This document shows positions 1-12,577 of a stretch of 64,000 nt of DNA, piece by piece. The notes below the pieces were generated by a model. The model was not told the DNA's origin and made no database searches. It saw nothing but the letters and a program-made list of their open reading frames with translations. Position 1 is the first letter of the stretch; every line of letters starts with the position of its first letter. Source of the stretch: Dipteris shenzhenensis (lineage: Eukaryota); assembly GCA_047967505.1 (NCBI GenBank), contig CM106538.1; one strand, written 5' to 3'. A program made the position numbers and the translations under genes.

Positions 1-123
1 CAGGCGATCGCAACCATATCCACGGGATCTCGCCCTTCTCCCAACTTACATATCACTTGATTGGCCACAACTGGCTCTACGTAAAATGGTTCAAAATTCA
101 ACAACATGAATTTCATACATGTG

Positions 124-125
<2 letters not shown>

Positions 126-175
<50 letters not shown>

Positions 176-206
176 GGAGAGAGAAAAGGAGAAGAGAAAG
201 GGGAGG

Positions 207-231
<25 letters not shown>
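126..231. repeat. (GA)n microsatellite upstream of the LBD gene
   Basis: Long GAGAGA runs with a short purine-rich interruption. Confidence 0.95.
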
Positions 232-239
<8 letters not shown>

Positions 240-1310
240 GATGACGAAGTCATTAAATGCATGCATTAAAGCCTCTTACAAGGAGCATGCTTGGACCAAT
301 CACCTTAAAATAAAAAGAAATATCTAAAAAATATCTATTTTACCAGGGGGAAGCGAACTAACCTTCCCTAAACCCTTCGTAAGGAAGGGGAAGAAAGAAG
401 AAAAGGTGTTCCAAAATTTTGGAGAAAAGTTGAAAATTCGAAAATTAGCTTCCTATTAAAACTAGATGAGGGGATAGCTTAGAATTTGAAGTCCGAGTAG
501 TAGTGTGTGTGTGGGGGGGGGGGGGAAGGGGGGAGGTAGTCTTCACATACAGACTGAATGATATGTGTTATGGGGCCCGCCGTTTTTAATCACCAGAAAT
601 CTGGCCCCTTGCTCTTGCTCTTGCTCTTGGTCTTGCGTTGCTGCTTCTTTTGTGGCCGAACTCTTTCGAATGATCCCAATTCCATCTTCCTCCTGGTATT
701 CCCCTCTCTCTCCCTCCTTTTCGTTCCCTGCCTCCTCCCATTCTTCCACGCCATCCCCGCTTCCATCCCTTTTTCTCTTCTCATCCCCCCCCCCCCCCCC
801 CCCGGCTCATCGCCTCCTTCGCCCTTCTTACTAGAACGCGCACAGCATCCCCCGCTCCCTGACTCGACTTTCATTATTAGTCTCAGGAAAACTGCAGCAA
901 ATCTCGCGGCTTGTCCCGTTGCAAGGCTTTTGTTAGCTTGCTGAGAAGCCAACCTTTTCTATATGAATTTTTGCCGAATCTGCTGATGGCATGACTGGAA
1001 TAAGAAAAAAGCTTGCCTTCGACGCAAAGTTCCGAGGCTCTGGAATCGGGATTGCGTGAGCTAAACCTTGTACAGAATGCGCAACGGCGAGCGTTTTCGA
1101 TAAAGTCGGACAGATCTGAAGAATGTTAGGGAGTGCAAGCGATTTTGTCTCGCCTTTGCCTTTCTTAAGCTTTGCGCTCGGAAACGTAGAAACCCTAATT
1201 GCTATAGGCGCGTAGAAGCCGATCGTAGAATTTGTACGTCATTTCTATCTGATACAATTCTGAACCGTATGATCTTTCTGATGTGTTGTTTTCCAAATTT
1301 CTGAAAAGGC

Positions 1311-1838
1311 ATGGCATCGTCGTCATCCAACTCGCCGTGCGCAGGCTGCAAGTTTCTACGACGGAAATGTACACCTGAGTGCGTTTTTGCGCCATACTTT
1401 CCGCCCGATAATCCTCAAAAGTTCGCAAACGTTCACAAGATTTTCGGAGCAAGCAACGTTACGAAGATCCTGAATGATTTGCCCGTGGAGCAGAGAGACG
1501 ATGCCGTCAATTCTCTCTCCTATGAGGCAGATGCCAGAGTTAAAGATCCTGTATACGGATGTGTGGGAACAATATCAGTTCTGATGCGACAGGTGCAGCA
1601 GTTGCAACAAGAACTTGTACTTGCTCGACAGGAGCTCGCCAGATACATGACGACGAGCGTAGGAGTCGGAGCACATCAGGCCTTGCCCTCGCCCTTACTG
1701 TCCATAGGAATGGGACAACCAAGCGGTTCTTCCAGAGATCAACACATGCAACAGATGTTGCAAGACTATGCAGCTAGACAGGACGCGCAGTTCGAAAGAC
1801 AGCAGCTCTTAGACATCGCCGCCCCGAGAGGGAGCTAG
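1311..1838 (+). CDS. LBD: Class I LOB-domain (LBD/ASL) transcription factor, AS2/ASL1/LOB-like
   Basis: Intact 175-aa ORF with C-block PCAGCKFLRRKCTPEC (CX2CX6CX3C), GAS block FANVHKIFGASNV...DPVYGCVG and a leucine-zipper-like segment LMRQVQQLQQELVLARQEL. The N-terminus MASSSSNSPC closely resembles Arabidopsis AS2. Confidence 0.95.
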   Translation: MASSSSNSPCAGCKFLRRKCTPECVFAPYFPPDNPQKFANVHKIFGASNVTKILNDLPVEQRDDAVNSLSYEADARVKDPVYGCVGTISVLMRQVQQLQQELVLARQELARYMTTSVGVGAHQALPSPLLSIGMGQPSGSSRDQHMQQMLQDYAARQDAQFERQQLLDIAAPRGS

Positions 1839-4175
1839 TGAAGGCACAAGTGCGGCCGGAGGCGGACAAAGCTTTTCTCCACCATGAGACAGCGATATAT
1901 ACTCATTGCCGTTTCAGACAAAGGAATAGCACACCGGCTACATTGCAGAAGCCATTTTCAGTTTTGCTCACCATGGTCTAAATAAGCTTATCATCAGATC
2001 TGTTCTCTTTGTCTTTCGCCTTGTACGGCTGTCAAATATTGCCCTCTCAAATCTCAGCTTTTTGGGATGAATTCGCATGCTGGCTGTGAGCTATACAAAT
2101 CATTGACGATTCGGAGTGGTTTTGCCCTTGAACTAGTTCAAAACCCTTGTCTTATACGGAGAGTCCCATTTACTGGCATGAGTCCCTATACGTCCAAGTG
2201 TTGCAATGTTTGGTCCTGTAGAATTTTCTCTCATCTTTGCTTGAGATGTCTCTCAGCTTCTGAACTTTTCCCTCGCCCTACAACACTCAGCTTTGGTTCA
2301 TTTCGTTCAGATACGTTGCCCAAAGTTGGTCTCGCCTGCACGTATTAAAGACCACGACAATTTTTTGTTCGAGATGCTAATCTCTTGGTGTTGCATTTTC
2401 ATGTTTGAAACAGTTCATGATTTTGTTGAAGGTAGCTCGAAAAGAAGCATCTGATGAACCTGAACTGTGGAATTCCGATGATTCTTGTAATAATATTCAT
2501 AATTCCTGAGTTGTCTTTCAGTAACCTTCCGCTAAAGTATGACGGGATTCCAGTAGTTTTAGAATTTAAAAATGGCAAGAATACACATAGATGCTTGCGT
2601 TTTAGCGTAAAAATTACGGTAAGTTTACATCTTATTTATACGAGTTTTGGCGTATCATACACGGTAAGTCAAGAATATATACCACCCTGCTTGCGTTTGC
2701 GGGCCTTGAGAGAGTAATACATCCTGTGTGAAACAAGGACGTTCGCTTTTTGGTGTAATGAGCAGCAGATCATTTCTATGCCATAGCTGGATATACTAAA
2801 TTGTAGTGACTTTTGTATCAAAAGTACTACATATTCTTCCTATCGTGATACGGGTTGATGTGCTCTGGTTGTGTTATGTGTACAAGGGAATGAGATGAAA
2901 TAAGGTCAACGCACCAGCTGGAATGTGGTGTTTGCAGCATAATAAAGTGTTATTTGTAAAGTGGCCGGTCCTTAGGTCGGGAGAAGCTCTTAGCTAATAT
3001 TCTGCAGGTGGGCGGAGTTGAGTTTTGTGGAATCCATTGTAACCGGGTTACTCCAACAAACACAATTGTGAAACTAAACAATAAGATAAGGCTGACGTGC
3101 AGAAGAAAGTCCATACTAAAATGGTAGTGTGATAGCCCGTGGTCTGACCGGAGACTTAGGATAGAACGAATGTGAACGGCCCACTCACGGACTCATGCAA
3201 GTCGTGTGCTTTTATTAGATGAATAAATACATAGTTATCTTTATACTCTCAACGCCACGTCCAATAGAGTGATATATGGACACATCGATCCTCCAAACGA
3301 GTTTCAAACTTATGCATCAGCGCACGTACAAGGATATCCTACAAGTTTTGTCCTTCCTCTTCCCTTACGTAGCCATATTTGTCTACTTACTAACCCACCG
3401 GCCTGTGGCTCAACCATGGGTTCTTCTGCCACAGGTTCTCTTTCTCTCTCTCTCTCACAGTTCAGCGCAGCCTCTCTATTCCATCTTCCCACGTCGTGTT
3501 ATTCACTCCTTCCTCTCTGTAACTCCTCCTCCAATATCATAAATAGTATCCGTATATAACCCTCTGAATCACGCGACGCAAGCTCAGCAAAGCCTCGACA
3601 CACCATCGACTGTGTATTGATAGATAGCCATTCAGCCTCTAGCTGATTCTTGCGTCGCACGTCAAGGCAACCAGAAATTTGTGTCGTACATCTGTTCTGG
3701 GATCGGAATCATCGGATCCAATCGCGAAGTTTCAACTTTCAACTGCTCCAGATTGTGCAAACAATCAGAAAAGCGTGCTTCCATCGCATGCAGAGATGCT
3801 CTTAGAGGAATGGCAAATTGTAGCAGAACGTACTTAAAATGCGTAGCGAGGCTTTCAGCTCATCGGCTCCTTGGTATGCTGCAGCCTCTCTTTTGTCATC
3901 ATTCTCGCCATCCTTAGCCAATAGACTCTTCTTCTCTCCTCGAACGTGGACGCACGACTCTAGTTAAACTTGATTTAGAAAAAGACAACTTAACTAGGTT
4001 GGCCTTTTCGTACTTAACTTATAGTATCACTAAATTGAACTTGTATCCTAGCATTTATCAAAATTTTAAAGAACTAGATTTACAGTAGGAAGTCTTTCCA
4101 TCGTGGAGCAAGTAACTACTAATTCGAAATTGAAGGTGAATCCTTCTATTTTATCAATTGTTAAAGGAAAAAAGA

Positions 4176-4700
4176 GAATGAGTAAAATAGTGAACATGAG
4201 ACGCAACATAGGGTCCGTTAGGACCTGATCCTCCCTGCAAATGTCAGGGGTGGTGATTTATTATTGATTTTGTGATATCCATATTTTGAAAGCTGAAGTC
4301 CTGCAACAAATGCATGAATAAGGCGATTCAATAACTAATCCTCGTTGTGCAATTTTTTACAATATTGTCACATGGACTACAACCATATGAATAAAGGTGT
4401 AGTCATCCTTCAATCTTGCATCCATCTTGGATTTTCTTGCTCCCTCGCATTGATAACATGCATTAAATGAGAGGAATGTTGTAAGAATTTAGATTAAAAA
4501 CAAGAAATTTTGAATGGATGAGTAATTGAAAATATTTATATTATAATACATAATATATATTTATTATAACCACACATAGTGTGGACAGGGAGGCGGCACG
4601 CTTCCTTTCCCAAAGAGTTATAATTCGAGGGAACGAGCCCTTCCCTGGGTGTCGAGATAACTTCGAGAATATAAACGCCGAGAATATTAGCGCACAGGGT
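4176..4700 (+). repeat. Diverged third copy of the first ~500 bp of the 2.5-kb duplicated segment
   Basis: Collinear motifs shared with 5326-5835 and 8668-9175, e.g. gacctgatcctccctgcaaatgtc, aaccatatgaataaaggt, gagaggaatgttgtaagaatttagatt, gagaatattagc. Confidence 0.8.
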
Positions 4701-5308
4701 AAGTCTCGCGAATGGATAAGAAACTAGCATATTACCCAGGAATGTCAATAGTCATAATCGTAGTCGAATGCCGAGAGACAGTATCCGAAAAACTTGCCAA
4801 TGTGACCTTGAGAAGATCTGCGTGTGTCCTTGGGTGGGATGCTTCCAACATTCTCAGATCATTCAGTAGACTCTGGATAGCACAAAAAGACAACTATCAT
4901 TAGAGGAAGTTTGAAGTAGAGCACATAACATTCTCACTCTCCAGCCACTGTTACATGCCTCTCCAACCTCGGGAAAATAGGAGTTTGATCATTGTAGTAA
5001 GTCGAGCTTTTAGGCTTGTGGGAGTAGAGCATAAGGTCATTGCGAAGCTCTCCAAAGCTTCACATGCCAATAAGCCCAAACTTGCAAAATCAAGCTGTAG
5101 ACCAATTCTTCAAGTCGAATAAGTTTGAAACATTTATATAGTCTTGTTATTGTGAAAAGCACCTATATGCTTTTAGTGCTTTAGTCAAAAGCTTAGATTT
5201 TACATCAAACGCAATCAAGGGCATCAGATGCAACTAGATCAAGGGCTTAGATTCATGACACGTGGCTCAAGGGGGTGTGAAAAAACCCAAACATCTCCCT
5301 AGGTTACC

Positions 5309-7857
5309 TACCGTAAATAAAACTCAATGAGTAAAAATATGGACATGAGACAAGACACACGGTCTGTTAAGACCTGATCCTCCCTGCAAATGTCCAGAAT
5401 GGTGATTTATTATTGACTTGGTGATATCCATATTATTTCCACCTTTTGGGAGTTAAAGCCCAATAAATACATGAAGGCGATACTCACAAGAGCTCATAAT
5501 TGACACTCCTTGAAGTCTATATAATATTGTGACATGGGCTATAACCATATGAATAAAGGTATTGAAATCCTCTGATTTTGCATCTAGCATGGCTTTCCTT
5601 GCTCCCTTGCATCGAGAACATGCATTCCAAGAGAGGAATGTTGTAAGAATTTAGATTGAAAAACAAGCAATTTTGTATGGACGAGCATTTAAAAACATTT
5701 GTATGATAATATACAATCTAATCATTATAGCCACACATCGCGTGGGTGGGAAGGCGGTGCACTCCCTTCCCAAAAAGTTATAATCTGAGGGGATGGGCCC
5801 TTCCTCCTGCATCGAGAATATTAGCACCGAGTAGCATCGCATTTAAGTCTCATTAATGTGTGAGAGACCAACATATTACCTTAATGCCAGCCCCTCCTTC
5901 TCCTCCTCCTCCTCCTCCTCCACCGCCGTTACTTCCTTGACCTCCATTGCAACAATGTTTTCATGTTGTATCAGATCTCCTTTCCACCCTAGGATGAATG
6001 CAACTTTAATTTTTTGAGATGTTGATCTTGCTAACGACTTGTTGCAACTTAGCATCCAGTTACTAGTATTGTTAACATCCTTTAGCCTCACGATCATATC
6101 ATTATTCACAATTCCATTCTTGATTGATAGAAAATAAAAGATCACAAGGTTCAGCTTGTGAATTTCCTCCTTAAAACCCTCCATCGATTTGAATCAACCT
6201 CCTCAGAAGATTCGACCACTGGAGATATTCTCTTGCTATTACTCCTCGTTCAATTATATTTTGCCGACTTATCGCATTCTCTATCGCCCCTTGCTTTTCA
6301 CGAATACACATATACACATGTAAAGTTCTTAAGTCTCTAATCATATTCATGCATTGAACAACGGTTAGTTAAAATAAGAAAATTTTATTAGCCTTATACA
6401 AACTTGTCTCTCCTATCTCAGCTACTCTCCAGCATCATGAGAAGTTTGCATAGGCATAGCTTTACAATGGTGGTATCCATTGACGTCCAGGAACAAAAAT
6501 TTGACATTAATCTACATTGAGTGTCAAAATTGAAATCCTCTTTTCATGGTCGACACTCATGCCCTCCAATGAGATTGCCAACGGATGAGGTTGAGCTCAA
6601 TTCACATCAAAGCTATTCGATTTTATTAGTTTTTAAGTGGTGATTCCACAGATGAAAAACACGTGGATGTTAAATTACTACTTTGGTATTACTGCCAGGT
6701 GTTGCTTTGGGATATTACATGAGGTTTTAGTGGGAATTTGAAGCCCAGCGCCTGGGATAGCAGTGAAGGAAAGTGTTGATAGTTTGTGGTTCAATAGAAA
6801 ATAATGGGCATCACTACAATAAGGATAACCAATATATATATACAAACAAGAATTCTTGGTATGTAAATATCACATTATGGAGCATCAATAGCACAGGAGC
6901 AATAGAGCGCGTGAAATATTACCACTACCACAATCAAACCCTCTATAACTGCCAAACTAATATTTACATCGGTCATTGCAACATCGAGGCAAAGATCTTC
7001 GGCTAGAGCACCAAAGTGGCTTGGTTTCCCATAGCCTTGATGGATGAAACCTCAAAGTGGTACCTTGATCTTTTGGTAGAGGAAAGAAATTCATGGTCCA
7101 TACTCTTTAATTAATTCAAAAGGTAGTTCCTAACTATATATCTTAAAGATGATCCAACCCTCCAACTTAGCAATATCAAACAAGGCTGCAAGGAAAACGT
7201 GTGCACATATCTAGGCAAAATGAAGTGCTCGATTGCAAAATATGACCTCAGTTCAATGAAATACACGTGACAGCCTAGTCCATTATAGGCCTAAAAAAGC
7301 CAATTGATAAAGAAATTGGATAAAATAACTAGCTATGAGTCTTCTAGTGCTACTCATACAGTAGCAATGGACATTGAAGATGGAATAACTAACTCCAATA
7401 CAGGTAGTGATGATGGCAAAGAAAGTTTCCAAAAGCCATGATCCACAAAGGGAAAAATCAATTCAACCACAAAAACATCTAATGAAGATTGCTTCTTGGG
7501 ATGCATGACCATGAAGTTGAGAGAGGGAATGATTCAAGCCATGGACCAAAATCTTTGCATGTCTCAACCGCCATATCTGACTTATCCAAGGTGGGAGACT
7601 ATCTGGTTTTTACATTGCATGGTGAACCATAAGGGCAATGAATGTCCCATCTAGTAAGTCTAGAATTAATGCACAAGAAAATCAACCATCAAGATCATGG
7701 TGTTGCATTTGTTCAATCAATGCATATGATGAAAATGATTGCATCTTCAACATCTGAAACAACCTACCCACACCTCAACAATACCAACCGACACCCATCC
7801 ACAACAAGACAAACCTACCCACACCTCAACAATACCAACCGACACCCTTCCACCATG
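5309..7857 (+). repeat. Segmental duplication copy 1 (~2.55 kb)
   Basis: Nearly identical to 8651-11192 from taccgtaaa to ccatg; the ORF track repeats the same peptides (5876-6184 = 9219-9527). Confidence 0.95.
6950..7330 (+). pseudogene. Degenerate Ty3/Gypsy retrotransposon gag domain (also at ~10290-10670)
   Basis: Manual translation gives KVAWFPIALMDETSKWYLDLLVEERNSWSILFN*FKR*FL...LQLSNIKQGCKENVCTYLGKM, matching the retrotransposon gag pattern FPxxLxxxAxxWy...sWxxLxxxFxxxF...LxxixQgxxEsvxxY. Confidence 0.7.
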
Positions 7858-8592
7858 CCGTTAGGAGGTCCTTCTGTCTCGCAGAGCCGTCGACGTACTC
7901 CTGTGCAGTCGAGACTCGGTTCTCCAGCTACAAGTGGTCCACGTAGTCCCGTGTAGTCTCCAAGTACGAGTGGCTAGTGTACTAGCTCGATACGACACAA
8001 TAGCAGGCGTAGTAGCAGGGAGAGCGGTGGGGGATGCATGGCACAGTGCTTTGGGAGGGGTGGTGGTGGGGACGATGATGATTCAGATGATTTAGACATG
8101 CCTCTGAGTGATGGTATGATATTCTATGACATCACTCAGATAGGAGGCATCTTGATGGATGCACGGGGGAAGGACATCATGGCCTTCATGTGCTCTGTAA
8201 TTGCTAATAATTACAGAGATTGCTTTATCCACTACAAAGACCAACCAAAGAGGTTGGCTGATGAGACCCTCACTGCTGTTCGCTCTAAGTATCCTAACCC
8301 CCCCAATCGTTAGTTCACAGATAAATGGGCCAAGTCAAAGATTGTTACGATACTTGGCAATAAAAGATCTTCGCTTAAGAGGCAGGCACTAGCGAAGCTT
8401 GCCAGGCTCGAGGGAGGTCAACCACCAAGGGGCCCGCCCCACACTGCTCACAAGTGTGAGTGGAAGAAAGCAATGAAGTCAGCGAGGGAGGACCCCAGTT
8501 TGCAGCACGTGGAGGCACGAAGGATCTAGATGGAGCAATATGGAAGCGTGCATTTTGGAGCAGGGGGTGTTGAATCATGGGAGGCCTAATTT
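7855..8592 (+). pseudogene. Fragment of a CACTA ORF2/TnpA-like (Ptta/En/Spm-type) gene
   Basis: One frame from ATG 7855 with stops: Ser/Arg-rich N-terminus, then FIHYKDQPKRL...KWAKSKIVTILGNKRSSLK...PPRGPP...EWKK...HFGAGGVES, ending at a GTAAGT donor (8593). Family assignment is by motif resemblance. Confidence 0.55.
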
Positions 8593-8650
8593 GTAAGTAT
8601 CGATCTCAAATTATATTGCTTATGTAGTTTATTAGGAGGTTGTTTCTTTG

Positions 8651-11192
8651 TACCGTAAAAAAAACTCAATGAGTAAAAATATGGACATGAGACAAGACAC
8701 ATGGTCCGTTAAGACCTGATCCTCCCTGCAAATGTCAAGAATGGTAATTTATTATTGACTTGGTGATATCCATATTATTTTCACCTTTTGGGAGTTAAAG
8801 CTCAATAAATACATGAAGGCGATACTCACAAGAGCTCATAATTGGCACTCCTTGAAGTCTATATAATATTGTGACATGGGCTATAACCATATGAATAAAG
8901 GTATTGACATGCTGTGATTTTGCATCTAGCATGGCTTTCCTTGCTCCCTTGCATCGAGAACATGCATTCCAAGAGAGGAATGTTGTAAGAATTTAGATTG
9001 AAAAACAAGCAATTTTGTATGGACGAGCATTTAAAAACATTTGTATGATAATATGCAATATAATCATTATAGCCACACATCGCGTGGGTGGGAAGGCGGT
9101 GCACTCCCTTCCCCAAAAAGTTATAATCTGAGGGGACGGGCCCTTCCTCCTGCATCGAGAATATTAGCACAGAGTAGCATCGCATTTAAGTCTCATTAAT
9201 GTGTGAGAGACCAACATATTACCTTAATGCCAGCCCCTCCTTCTCCTCCTCCTCCTCCTCCTCCACCGCCGTTACTTCCTTGACCTCCATTGCAACAATG
9301 TTTTCATGTTGTATCAGATCTCCTTTCCACCCTAGGATGAATGCAACTTTAATTTTTTGAGATGTTGATCTTGCTAACGACTTGTTGCAACTTAGCATCC
9401 AGTTACTAGTATTGTTAACATCCTTTAGCCTCACGATCATATCATTATTCACAATTCCATTCTTGATTGATAGAAAATAAAAGATCACAAGGTTCAGCTT
9501 GTGAATTTCCTCCTTAAAACCCTCCATCGATTTGAATCAACCTCCTCAGAAGATTCGACCACTGGAGATATTCTCTTGCTATTACTCCTCGTTCAATTAT
9601 ATTTTGCCGACTTATTGCATTCTCTATCGCCCCTTGCTTTTCACGAATACACATATACACATGTAAAGTTCTTAAGTCTCTAATCATATTCATGCATTGG
9701 ACAACGGTTAGTTAAAATAGGAAAATTTTATTAGCCTTATGCAAACTTGTCTCTCCTGTGTCAGCTACTCTCCAACATCATGAGAAGTTTGCATAGGCAT
9801 AGCTTTACTATGGTGGTATCCATTGACATCCAGGAACAAAAATTTGACATTAATCTACATTGAGTGTCAAAATTGAAATCCTCTTTTCATGGTCGACACT
9901 CATGCCCTCCAATGAGATTGCCAACGGATGAGGTTGAGCTCAATTCACATCAAAGCTATTCGATTTTCTTAGTTTTGAAGTGGTGATTCCACAGATGAAA
10001 AACACATGGATGTTAAATTACTACTTTGGTATTACTGCCAGGTGTTGCTTTGGGATATAACATGAGGTTTTAGTGGGAGTTTGAAGCCCGATGCCTGGGA
10101 TAGCAGTGAAGGAAAGTGTTGATAGTTTGTGGTTCAATAGAAAATAATGGGCATCACTACAATAAGGATAACCAATATATATATACAAACAAGAATTCTT
10201 GGTATGTAAATATCACATTATGGAGCATCAATAGCACAAGAGCAATAGAGCGCGTGAAATATTACCACTACCACAATCAAACCCTCTATAACTGCCAAAC
10301 TAATATTTACATCGGTCATTGCAACATCGAGGCAAAGATCTTCGGCTAGAGCACCAAAGTGGCTTGGTTTCCCATAGCCTTGATGGATGAAACCTCAAAG
10401 TGGTACCTTGATCTTTTGGTAGAGGAAAGAAATTCATGGTCCATACTCTTTAATTAATTCAAAAGGTAGTTCCTAACTAAAGACGTGTGCAACCCTCCAA
10501 CTTAGCAATATCAAACAAGGCTGCAAGGAAGACGTGTGCACATATCTAGGCAAAATGAAGTGCTCGATTGCAAAATATGACCTCAGTTCAATGAAATACA
10601 CGTGACAGTCTAGTCCATTATAGGCCTAAAAAAGCCAATTGATAAAGAAATTGGATAAAATAACTAGCTATGAGTCTTCTAGTGCTACTCATACAGTAGC
10701 AATGGACATTGAAGATGGAATAACTAACTCCAATACAGGTAGTGATGATGGCAAAGAAAGTTTCCAAAAGCCATGATCCACAAAGGGAAAAATCAATTCA
10801 ACCACAAAAACATCTAATGAAGATTGCTTCTTCGGATGCATGACCATGAAGTTGAGAGAGGAAATGATTCAAGCCATGGACCAAAATCTTTGCGTGTCTC
10901 AACCGCCACATCTGACTTATCCAAGGTGGGAGACTATCTGGTTTTCACATTGCATGGTGAACCATAAGGGCAATGAATGTCCCATCTAGTAAGTCTAGAA
11001 TTAATGCACAAGAAATTCAACCATCAAGATTATGGTGCTGCATTTGTTCAATCAATGCATATGATGAAAATGATTGCATCTTCAACATCTGAAACAACCT
11101 ACCCACACCTCAACAATACCAACCGACACCCATCCACAACAAGACAAACCTACCCACACCTCAACAATACCAACCGACACCCTTCCGCCATG
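8651..11192 (+). repeat. Segmental duplication copy 2
   Basis: Nearly identical to 5309-7857, with scattered SNPs and a small indel near 10480. Confidence 0.95.
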
Positions 11193-11280
11193 AGTAATCA
11201 TTTACAGACTCCTACATTCTTTGAATTAGAGTGACAAAAGTCTATATTTGCTTAATGTCAGGCTATTGAAGCTTCACGTG

Positions 11281-12342
11281 GGGAAAAAGAGAGAAGGAAA
11301 GAAATGAAAAGAGAGGAAAAGAGGGGAGAAAAAAGAAAGGAGATAAGAGAGAAAAAGAGAGGAGAAAAGTGAAGGAAAGAGAGGAGAAAGGAGAGGAAAA
11401 GAGAGGAGAAAAAGAGAGAAAAAGAGAGGAGAAAAAGGAGAAAAGAGAGGAGAAAAATAGAGAAAAAGAGAGGAGATAAGAGAAAAAAGAGAGGACATAA
11501 GAGAGAGAAAGAGAGAAAATTAAAGAGAGAAAAAGTGGGGATAAAAGAGAGGAAAAGAGAGAAGGAAAGAGAGGAGAAAAGAGAGGAAAAAAAGAGAGGA
11601 GATAAGAGAGAAAAAGAGAGACAAAAAGAGATGAAAAGAGAGGATAAAAGAGAGAAGGAAAAAGAGAGAAAAGGTGAGGATAAAAGAGAGAAAAAGAGAG
11701 AAGAAAGAGAGGAGAAAAGAAAGGAGGAAAAGAGAGAAAAAGAGAGAAAAAGAGAGAAGGAAAGAGATGAGAAAAAAGAGGAAAAGAGAGGAGAAAAAAG
11801 AAAGAAGATAAGAGAGAAAAAGAGAAGGAAAGAGAGGAGAAAAGAGAGGAAAAGAGAGGAGAAAAACATAGAAAAAGAGAGAAGAAAAAGGAGAAAAAAT
11901 AGAGAAAAAGAGAGAAGATAAGAGAGAAAAAGAGAGGAGATAAGAGAGAAAAAGAGAGAAAGTGAAAAGAGAAAAAGTGGGGACAAAAGAGAGAAAAAGA
12001 GAGAAGGAAAGAGAGGAGAAAAGAGAGGAAAATAGAGGAAAAGAGAGGAAAAGAGAGGAGAAAAAAGAGAGAAAAAGAGAGGAGATAGGAGAGAAAAAGA
12101 GAGACAAAAAGAGAGGATAAAAGAGAGAAGCAAAAAGAGAGAAAAGGTGAGGATAAAAGAGAGAAAAAGAGAGAAGGAAAGAGAGGAGAAAAGAGAGGAG
12201 AAAAAGAGAGAAAAAGAGAGAAGGAAAGAGATGAGAAAAGAGACCAAAAGAGAGGAAAAGAGAGGAGAAAAAAGAAAGGAGATAAGAGAGAAAAAGAGAG
12301 GAGAAAAGAGAAGAAAAGAGAGGAGAAAGGAGAGAAAAAGAG
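11281..12342. repeat. Purine-rich (GA/GAAA) low-complexity tract inside the CACTA element
   Basis: About 1.06 kb almost entirely A/G with recurring units such as aagagaggagaaaa. Confidence 0.9.
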
Positions 12343-12577
12343 AATGCAATCCCTTATTTCCTCACGAATGCAATCCCTTTCTTCATTCATGCAATCCCTT
12401 TCCATCATTCATGCAATCCCTTTCTTCATTCATGCAATCCCTTTCCATCATTCATGCAATCACTTATTTCCATCATTCATGCAATCCTTTTCTTAAAAGA
12501 GGAAGGGGAAGGGGAAGGGGAAGGGAAAGAGAAGGAAAAGGAAGGGGAGGAAGGGGAAGGGGAAGGGGAAAGGGAAG
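12343..12577. repeat. ~22-bp minisatellite (atgcaatccctttccatcattc) x7 followed by (ggaagg)n
   Basis: Tandem units directly visible. Confidence 0.9.

Noticed and set aside
57-952. Short ORFs upstream of the LBD gene
   Set aside because: They derive from GA, poly-C and CT-rich promoter/UTR sequence and have no recognisable domain.
3795-3925. Possible miRNA hairpin with weak miR169-like similarity
   Set aside because: Pairing is patchy and the match to the mature miRNA is too poor to support by eye.
5876-6184. 102-aa minus-strand ORF, identical in the duplicate at 9219-9527
   Set aside because: Identity reflects the recent duplication and there is no recognisable domain. It could be an exon relic (donor at ~5879) but cannot be supported as a gene.
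5309-11192. The 2.5-kb direct repeats as an LTR pair
   Set aside because: No TG...CA ends, PBS, PPT or TSD; the repeats contain gag coding relics and a CACTA TIR stub, which fits a local duplication.
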